64,000 nucleotides of DNA, taken from contig OZ024740.1 in assembly GCA_964016885.1 (NCBI GenBank), positions 221,650,001 through 221,714,000 on the forward strand, given 5' to 3'. The position numbers were made by a program, and so were the translations under genes. The notes below the pieces were generated by a model that did not search any database, had not been told where the DNA came from, and saw only the letters and a list, made by a program, of their open reading frames with translations. Positions within the stretch are counted from its first letter, which is position 1; each line of letters starts with the position of its first letter. Below, piece by piece: positions 54,722-64,000 of this stretch. Source of the stretch: Eledone cirrhosa. Its lineage: Eukaryota.

Positions 54722-55670
54722 TGGAGAGGCCTTACTGTTCTAGCAATGGACTCTCTATTATGAACACCTTCTTCCTGCACAGAGAAACCCATAAATATTC
54801 ATAGTATAAGGGTAATCAGGGACAGAGATCAATAATTGATTTTGTTATTGTCTCTGATCTCTTTAATTTTGTGATGGATGTTCGTCTTAAGAGAGGGACT
54901 GGGCTGTCAACTGATCACCATCTAGTTATCTGAAACTCGAGACTACCTAAAGCCAAAGAAGCCCACAAAACTGGCAGGTCCAGGACGACTTACAGAATAA
55001 AGTGGGAAGCATTGGTGGATAATAAAGTCAAGACCAGGTATGCAGATATTATTGCATCCAAATTCAGAGAACTCCCTGAGCAAATCGATGACGTTGAGAC
55101 AGAGTGGAGATTGTTCAGTGAAGCAGTTCTGTTTCAGCTGTTACATGCTGCGGGCGAAAGAGGCTTGGTGTGTGGCCGGTCAAAGAAGCCATCCGAGCAA
55201 AGAAGGAGGCTTACAAAGCTTGGCTTGGAAATAAGTCCCCCCTTCTTGCACTTGTGGTATAAGCAGACACGAAGAATCGCAGCAGAAACAGTAAATTCGT
55301 CAGAAGTTAAGGCGTCAGATGACTTTGGAGTTAAGCTGATCTCCTAAACCCGATCACAACAGCATCTTCGAATGTACACGAGGTGCATCTGGAAGCGGTG
55401 ACTAATCTCAGAGGCTGAGGTCACACGAGCAGTTAAAGAGCCCAAATGTTGCAAAGCCGCTAGGGAAGATGAAATCCGGCCCGAAATGTTAAAGATTTTA
55501 AATTGAGAAGGTATTCCCTGACTGACTCATGTGTGTCGGATGACCGGGATCTCTGGAAAGGCACCTAAGCAATGGCAATCTGGAGTGATAATCTCAATTT
55601 TCAAAAAGGGAGACAAGAGAGATTGTTCCAATTACAGATCTCTTTGTTAAGCCTCCCCGGAAAAGTCTAA
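54722..55670 (+). mobile_element. RTE LINE fragment: APE C-terminus, linker and start of RT, degenerate
   Basis: NGLSIMNTFFLHRETHKY, RSIIDFVIVS, GLSTDHHLV, DEIRPEMLK, WQSGVIISIFKKGDKRDCSNYR. Confidence 0.9.
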
Positions 55671-57581
55671 TTAGCTTCTCGGTTAAATAAATCAAACATA
55701 TTTTATGAATAAATAAAGACTGCAGAGTTTTAATCTTTGATGTTCAATAAAAAAAGAATTATAGTGGTGGGGGGAGAGGGCGTGGTAAAAATATTCAACA
55801 TTTAAAAAAAAGTTATAATTTTTTGTTGGCATTTTGAAACTTGTTTACAATCCGGTTTCACGTGTTCTTTAAATGAAACGTATCATCAATTAGCCTTACT
55901 ATTTCTCATTTTAGCTAAATCAAAAAGGTGTATGTTTGTCTCTGTGGTGGGTGGCGATATAAACACTGCAGGATTAGGTTGAAAGCAGTTCCAGGCTACC
56001 CCTGGTGGCGGTGGTGGGGGAAATTTCAGATTATTAGGATCTAGCTTGAGGATGTAGCCTGAGGAGTTTACTCCGAGTCTCCGAATTTGTTCGCTGGTCT
56101 GGTTTTTATTCACTAGGATTGTTTCAACGGTTGATACAAGTATTTCAATTTTATTTCCAAATATATTAGATGTTGAATATGAAATAATCCGTTATCGTGG
56201 TTGATGAAACAAATATGATTTATCATACTAAAATAGATTAAATAGCTCTCTTCTTATCAAAACTGGCTTGGTGCCTAGTTACATGAATCAATCATCAATA
56301 AACTAAGAAATTTACTGAAAAAAGAGGAAAGAACAGAGAATTCTGAGAAAACTTTAAAAATTGATCTACTGTTTGATCTCTAAGAAATAAATTATCTTTA
56401 TGAAATGTTCTTTCTTGCAGATGTTATCTTGTGACTAGAGTAACAAGAAGAAAAAATGTAAAAAATGTGTAGTTACATAGGATAAAGAGCAGTGTGTCTA
56501 TATGTCTTATAATGTATACTGAATTAAATAAATACAACATGATTTATTACTATGGTTTATTTTAAGACGAATATTTACTATTGGACACTGGATGCAGCGA
56601 TTGGTTTAAATGTTTGGACTTCTTTGGAAGTACTACATGTACCGTTCATAAGTATTGTCTAGGTACATCTCCCCCCCCCCCAAAAAAAAAAAGCAATAAC
56701 AGTGCTAAGTACCATTTCTAGTATAGGTTCAAACTACAAAATATTTTGTTGGGTGAAGGACTTGAGCCATAATCGATTTTATCGAATTCAGTACTTATTT
56801 AAGATAGCGGCGAATTGGCAAAGTCGTTAGAACGTCGAATAGAATTCTTTATGGTATTTGTTCCGGCTCTCTGTTCTCTGAGTTCAAATCCCACTGAAAT
56901 TACCTTTCATCCTTTTGAGGTCGGTAAAAAATGTACCAGTCTAGTACTGGGGTGGATTCTTCCTCTATATCTCATGTCCCCTCTTTCACTATCTATTTTT
57001 CTCTGGAAGAAATCTACTGTACTCAGACCTGGAGTGGGGTAGGCTCCGCCAGGCTTAAAATACCCAAGAAACGCCGCCGTATGTCAATACGGTGCTCCTA
57101 CGACTTTATCAGGAGTTAAGGGACCACACATACATACTTATTTAATAGACCGCAGAATGTTGGAATGATTAATAAAACCCTGGTGACACTTGTACTCAAA
57201 ACACAAAAGGAAATTTCAATGCTGGTCAGTCATGCCTGAAAAGATACATAAGCCATAGCAGTTTACCGAACTGCCGCGTGCGACCCATAGACCTCGTATT
57301 CTGGAAGTAATCTGTTACCCTTTGGGTGATAATCATACTGTGTACTCTAATACAATGTTTTATGGTTTGTGGTATACGGTAAAGTATGAGCTCAGGTCTT
57401 TTTTTCTTTAAGAAAAAAAACAAAAACAACAACAACATACAATCAGTGTTCATAGGAATGTTAAGTGCAGCGTCGTGATCAATTTGTTGGCTCACGGTCT
57501 TAAGGTCGTAGGTTCGATCCCCTGTAGCGCGCGGTACATTTTGTCCTTGAATAAAGTATTCACTTCCCACTGCTGTAGTCC

Positions 57582-57781
57582 NNNNNNNNNNNNNNNNNNN
57601 NNNNNNNNNNNNNNNNNNNNNNNNNNNNNNNNNNNNNNNNNNNNNNNNNNNNNNNNNNNNNNNNNNNNNNNNNNNNNNNNNNNNNNNNNNNNNNNNNNNN
57701 NNNNNNNNNNNNNNNNNNNNNNNNNNNNNNNNNNNNNNNNNNNNNNNNNNNNNNNNNNNNNNNNNNNNNNNNNNNNNNNNN
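57582..57781. other. Assembly gap (200 N)
   Basis: N run. Confidence 1.
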
Positions 57782-58335
57782 GATGATGATCATGATGAGG
57801 ATCATGATGAGGATGATGATGATGATGAGGCTGAAGATGATGATGATGATGAGGAGGAGGATGATGATGAGGATGATGATGGTGATGATGAGGATGAGGC
57901 TGAAGATGATGATGATGATGATGAGGATGATGATGGTGATGATGAGGATGATGATGGTGATGATGAGGATGATGATGGTGATGATGATGATGATTTTGAT
58001 GATCATGATGATGATGGTGATGATGGTGATGATGAGGATGAAGATGAGGATGATGAGGATGATGATGATGGTGATGATGATGAGGATTATGATGGTGATG
58101 ATGTTAGAGACGATGATGATGGTGACGGTTATGATGACGTCGAAAATGATGAGGATGATGGCGTTTATGATGTTGCTAATGACGATGGAAATGGTACTGA
58201 TGATGACGACAGTGCTGATGATGATGACAATAACGACGATGGCGATGTCGATGTCGATGACGATGACGATGACGATGTCGATGACGATGTCGATGACGAT
58301 GTCGATGACGATGTCGATGACGACGTTGACGGTTT
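57782..58335. repeat. (GAT)n/(GAC)n trinucleotide field
   Basis: Seen directly. Confidence 0.95.
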
Positions 58336-59071
58336 AGTATTTACTAGTTAAACATAAGTAATTATGAATAAGCTCCAAAATTCTTCCTTTGATAAATCTT
58401 GACGCTCAGCAAGTTCATCATGGAAACAGGCAGGTGATGAGGCTAATAAACCACCAACAATGTTTTCACTAATTTTACTGAAGTATTGTCTAACGTCAAT
58501 GGAATTCAACTCAGCATTATAAACCAAGGAAAGCCTCATCATTTATGAAATGGAATGGATCTCCGTCGGTTTCGACAACAAGTATTTCAGTTGTTCGATC
58601 AAGGCAATAGATAACTCGTAAGTATCGAAAAAAAAAAAAGAAAAAAAAAAAAAAGGAAAACAACAACGAAACAATGGCTTCAATCAGTAAGCTACACCGG
58701 TGTAAGGATTTCAGATCATCATTGCTTCATTTTAAATTGAAATTGTGTTCAACTTACCGGGAAGTAAGATGAACTCTATTTCAAACAAAAAAACAACAAC
58801 AAAAAAACAGAAACAAATTTATTTATCTATTTATTTATTTATTTATTTATTTAATTTAAACGTCCGTAGAAAGCTAGTAAGCCATGATAGACTAGGAGAA
58901 GTATCGAGTACTTTTAGCAGTTGGTAATCAAAAAGAGCTAGTGAAACAAGTAATAAAAATATTTTAAAAAAGGGGAAAAAATTCAAATATTGAAGACCAA
59001 TGGGAAGCAAATTATATATAAGAAAACGAAAAAGAAAATAGGGAACAAGGGAAGCTGTTACTTTTAAATAT

Positions 59072-59260
59072 ATAATTTTTTCTACTGTTGGCACAAGGCC
59101 AGCAATTATCCCAGTACGTTACTGGTACTTTATTTTATCGAGCCGGTAAGGATGAAAGGCAAAGTTAACCTCGGCGGGATTTGAACTCAGGCCGTAAAGG
59201 GACGTAATTCTATGCTGTAAAGCATGGCGTCCGATCCTCTACCGATACTGCCAATCCAAC
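59072..59260 (-). mobile_element. SINE family 1
   Basis: Full core, head ggattggcagtatcggtag. Confidence 0.9.
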
Positions 59261-59274
59261 TGTACCTACATGTA

Positions 59275-59535
59275 CGAGGGTTGACTGAAAAGTTCATAAG
59301 CTGAAAAGTTCATAAGCTGCAATGTTCATAAGCTGCAATGTTCATAAGCTGCAATGTTCATAGGCTGACCAAGATAATGTCATGGAATGATCAATGTGGT
59401 TTATTTTTCAATATAGTCCCTGGAAAGAACCAATGCAATTATTAATAAGAAAAGTTGAAATTAATGCATGCAAGAGTTCACAGCTCTGGCATCACTCCTT
59501 CATAGTCAGCCTAAGAACTTTTCGGCCTACCCGCG
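59275..59535. mobile_element. Tc1/mariner-type MITE with a tandemly amplified TIR segment
   Basis: TA|cgagggttgactgaaaagttcat ... ttcggcctacccgcg|TA; gttcataagctg-based 16-17-bp unit repeated about 5 times. Confidence 0.75.
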
Positions 59536-59829
59536 TATATAGGCGTCAGCCACACAGAAATCATATTTATGATATTTATTACTGATTAATAAAGTTTTAA
59601 TGAGGACTGAGCCAACCTAACCTCCACGCGGTGGTCCCTGAGAAAGCATTCATTATAATTCTTTGCTAACGAGGCTCTGTGTATGAAAATATATGTTGTT
59701 GAACGATAATAATTTACATATATACATGTGTGCATAACTGTTTATCGCATGTTTGTCGACCATCAGGCATTATATGGTATGAACAGAAGAAGAAAATACT
59801 GAGCTAAAAATTTGACATCTTGTCTACAT

Positions 59830-60530
59830 TTCACATGAGGCTTGGGTCCATTACCAGCATTGGGTACCTAGATTTTACATCTCGTCTCAGCCTATTACCA
59901 AGTTCAGGAGCTTGTATTTTACATCTGGCTTGGGGCATATTAGTAGCTTTGGGTATCTAGATTTTAAAGCTGGTCTCGGCCTTTTACCATCTTTGGGGAC
60001 TTGCATTTCGCATGTGGCTTGGGCCTACTACCAGCTTTCACAGATTGCATTTCGCACGTGGATTAGGCCTATTACCAGCTTTGAAAGGTTGCATTTCACA
60101 TCTGGCCTGAGTCTACTACAAGGTTTTGAGGCCTATATATTGCATCTGTTCTGGGGCTATTATCAAGTTTGGGGCACGGGGTGGGGGCTATATTTTACAT
60201 CTGACTTGGGGTATATTACTAGCTTTGGATGGGGTGTTGGTGGACTTACATTTTACACACTGTGGATCTTTTACTGGGAATTTGGAGACTATATTTTACA
60301 TCTGGCTTGGGGAATATTACCAGCTTTGGGGCTGGGGTGCTGGGCCCACATTTGACATTTAGCGTGAATCTACTACTGCGCTTTGGAGGCTATATTTTAT
60401 ATCTCGCTTGGGGTATATTACCAATTTTGGGGTTGGGTGGAGGTGTTGTTGGTCTAAAATTTTACATCCATCGTGGATCTACTACTGGGCTTTGGCGGCT
60501 ATGTTTTACATCTGTTCTGGGCAAATTACC
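59830..60530. repeat. Degenerate ~40-45-bp minisatellite
   Basis: Unit approximately tattttacatctggcttggggtatattaccagctttggg, about 16 copies. Confidence 0.85.
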
Positions 60531-60891
60531 AGATCTGCACAGACCTGGATGTATATGAACAGTCGAAGAAATTGTATGAAGATGATTATGAAACGTATAT
60601 TTTTAAGAACTTTTACTTTCTGAACATTGTATAGTAATATAATATGCAGACAAAGAAATAATCTATAAATAGTAATTTCCGATAAGAGTTAGGTGTTTAT
60701 TTTGGAAGTTGCGAGTCTAAATGATAATGAAGTTCCGTAAAACGGGAATTAAGAAGATCGGTAGATATCAAATTAGTATAAGGAATGGAAAATTACGTAA
60801 AGCTGAAATAAATCTAATTGACGATAATTATTAAGACTATTTAGCGCAAATTCTTTGAAACACAAGATAAAGTTGTCATTTTGAAAGATTA

Positions 60892-61034
<143 letters not shown>

Positions 61035-61160
61035 CCAAAACTAAGATAAATTAAAATAAAATTAATCTAAATCAAATTATGGGTGTCATGCCAGGAAGAC
61101 ATGCGTCATATCACCCGTAAATTAATCTCCAAGATTCTAATGAATAGGTCCGAGCATTTT

Positions 61161-61684
<524 letters not shown>

Positions 61685-61694
61685 GTAATAATAA

Positions 61695-62062
61695 TAAATG
61701 TGAAGACTAAAATCCAAAGAGGGCTCGATAAGGATAAATATATATCAAATATATAAGACACCCGGATGTAACACATGCGCAAACTAAGCACACAACACAC
61801 ACACAAAAACAACATGGCGTAGGACAGAACAAAGTAGAGGAAAAAAACAAAGAAAAGAATCCCCAGTCACTGAAGAGGTCACGGAATGTGTGACGAAAGA
61901 ACTTTGACAATATATAAAAAATCATCTGGTTATAGAACCAACCAACCAACTGGAAATTTATAAATTCCTAAATTTATAAATTTATTATAATAAATTGAAG
62001 TGAAAGCTACTGGTGCGTGTGTTTCTTATTGGCAACATGACCCTCCCAAAGTATAACAATAT
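61695..62062 (+). mobile_element. Family B unit with an HHR at 61866-61908
   Basis: GTCA CTGAAGA G GTCAC-GGAATGT-GTGAC GAAA GAAC TT TGAC; downstream sequence matches 8464-8663. Confidence 0.75.
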
Positions 62063-62105
62063 ATATATAAAATTTAGAAGTTTACATACACATAAACTAA
62101 ACAAA

Positions 62106-62162
<57 letters not shown>

Positions 62163-62231
62163 TTTGGGCAACCATTCACGGTGTGGCTCAATGACGAATT
62201 AATTAATTAAATAATCAACAATCAGAGCAAT

Positions 62232-63022
<791 letters not shown>

Positions 63023-63513
63023 GGGTGTGTGTGTGTCCAAAGTGTATACTCACTTTCATTACCTGTATAGGCAGTATTTAATATATATTAGAATGCTGTT
63101 GAAGTATGTATACATTTTTGGGGACATCATGTATATATATATATATGAGAGTATGTATCAAATTGAGCACGATTCCGTCGAAATATATGTTGTGCGGATG
63201 TGTACCTAAATATACACATTGAGAAAATAGATATGTAATCATGTGAAATTCAGGTATTTGCCTTGTAGAGTGTACACAATTCCCTTTACAATAAAGGAAA
63301 TATAGCAGCAAGAAAGAGCGAGAGAGAGAGATATTAAAAGAACTAACCGACTCACTAACAATGAGGTGCTGATCTTCGCCTGAATATTCAACCTCTTCAT
63401 CCTTCAGGCAGTGCTACGTACACCATATCCCCAGAAGACTTGGCTTTCAAAAATAGACCATAAACAAGACGACTCCACTTTTGAATCAATATGTGTTCAA
63501 CAGAGAGGGAGAA

Positions 63514-63591
<78 letters not shown>

Positions 63592-64000
63592 TGATGGGGG
63601 GGGGGGGGGTAAATAAGCAAAACTAATAAAGAGGACAGTGATAGAATGGTTCAATGTTTCTGTTGTTGAATTTTTTGTAGTCTATAAGTATTGGAATATT
63701 TTGTTTATGATTGCCAAATCCTTGACGGTATATTGTACCTCCAATTCTGATAGCTTTTAAAGGCCAGCTTTAAAATGTCTTCTTTAAGACTGGTATTTAT
63801 CACATTGGGAAAACAAAGTGCCATAAAATTTCTGAAGTGTCTCCACAAGAGCTTATAGGTAATTCTATACGACATATCCTTCATAAAATATACTTTAACC
63901 CTTTAGCATTTAAACTGGCCAGAATTCTCTCACCTCTTTCTGTTCAAACTGGCTGTAACTGGCCGCTCATACTGATGTTAAGGTATTGTTCTCAACATAA

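Noticed and set aside
57783-58337. Poly-Asp / poly-Met ORF
   Set aside because: (GAT)n repeat adjoining an assembly gap
59830-60530. CRISPR-like periodic array
   Set aside because: The units are degenerate tandem repeats with no unique spacers and no cas genes, in a eukaryotic context

Overview
AT-rich animal (not prokaryotic) DNA saturated with microsatellites and TE remnants, with a 200-N gap at 57582-57781. The SINE repertoire and (TA)n/(CA)n/(GA)n density suggest a coleoid cephalopod such as Octopus (inference). No intact host gene is recognisable, and most listed ORFs are microsatellite translations. Recognisable elements: a degenerate Buster-type hAT transposase (~24.0-25.9 kb); two non-autonomous Helitrons; a 5'-truncated Penelope-like element (PLE) with a GIY-YIG domain and inverted terminal repeats (30.5-32.8 kb); RTE, CR1-like, CRE and L1/Tx1-like LINE fragments; many tRNA-derived SINEs; and hAT and mariner MITEs. 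The most striking unexplained pattern is a set of short non-coding repeats, from about 8 sequence families, that sit against (TA)n/(TG)n tracts and are often arranged as long fold-back palindromes. They carry minimal hammerhead ribozyme (HHR) cores (CUGANGA...GAAA, palindromic stem III, NUH site), about 20 complete, degenerate or half copies in 64 kb, including one with a compensatory U3:A8 core. This looks like a microsatellite-associated system of non-autonomous, ribozyme-bearing PLE derivatives. All alignments and folds were read by eye and need computational and biochemical confirmation.
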